Shown here: piece by piece, positions 63,647 to 64,000 of the stretch
Position numbering within the stretch: the stretch's first letter is position 1
Layout of the letters: the number at the start of each line of letters is the position of its first letter
Assembly: GCF_018977255.1 (NCBI RefSeq)
Contig: NW_024704742.1
Span: forward strand, 72,666,001-72,730,000
From: Callorhinchus milii
Taxonomy: Eukaryota
Length of the DNA stretch: 64,000 bases
Reading direction: 5' to 3'
Made by a program: the position numbers and the translations under genes
Notes under the pieces: generated by a model
Told to the model about the DNA's origin: nothing
Database searches by the model: none
Seen by the model: the letters and a program-made list of their open reading frames with translations, nothing else

Positions 63647-63937
63647 GAGTCCTGTAGCTCAGTGGTTAGAGCACTCGCTTTGCAAGCGGGAGACCTGAGT
63701 TCAATTCCAGGCAGGGCTGGACACGCCTAATAATAATCCCTCCAAAACAAAAACAATAATAAATTGGTCATTTTCAATCTACGACTGTTTGTGGGACATT
63801 GCTGTGCGCAATTGGCTGCCGCGTTCGCCCACAAATATACAGTCAATTCACTTTACAGTGTGTTCTGTGAAGCGCTTTGGGACGTCCTCCCGACGTGAAA
63901 AGCACTATATCAAATGCAAGGATCATTATTATTATTA
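63647..63937 (+). mobile_element. tRNA-Ala-derived SINE with an L2-identical tail loop
   Basis: GAGTCCTGTAGCTCAGTGG...GAGTTCAATTCC; tail GGGACGTCCTCCCGACGTGAAAAGCAC, then (ATT)n. Confidence 0.92.
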
Positions 63938-64000
63938 ATAGGCGCTGAGGATTATTATTTTGGAGTTCAATAAATATGAGGCTGTGTCTAAGGACTGGAG

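Overview
Repeat-rich, gene-poor vertebrate genomic DNA, not prokaryotic. Degenerate CR1 and L2 LINE fragments, Deu-domain SINEs and a young tRNA-Ala-headed SINE with an L2-type tail fit a cartilaginous fish, most plausibly a chimaera (inference from family resemblance, no search run). No host protein-coding gene could be identified; a few candidate exons with good splice sites are given at low confidence. Nearly all listed ORFs are LINE remnants, low-complexity read-throughs or chance ORFs. Main non-routine items: (1) a 1.73 kb strand-asymmetric 5/6-mer satellite (46841-48574) in which almost every unit variant keeps an RGYW/WGCW (AID-hotspot) motif, like an Ig switch region, with a ~350-370 bp higher-order period; (2) a cluster of ETS and ETS-CRE-like (TGACATCACTTCC) motifs with a C/EBP-like site and a hairpin at 45.0-45.35 kb; (3) a ~510 bp composite inverted duplication 38.7 kb apart (18.0-18.5 kb vs 56.7-57.2 kb) that links complementary halves of a CR1 element; (4) four copies of an unclassified interspersed repeat, one with an internal fold-back; (5) covarying 3' stem-loops shared by the SINE and L2. 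Repeat boundaries were read by eye and are approximate.
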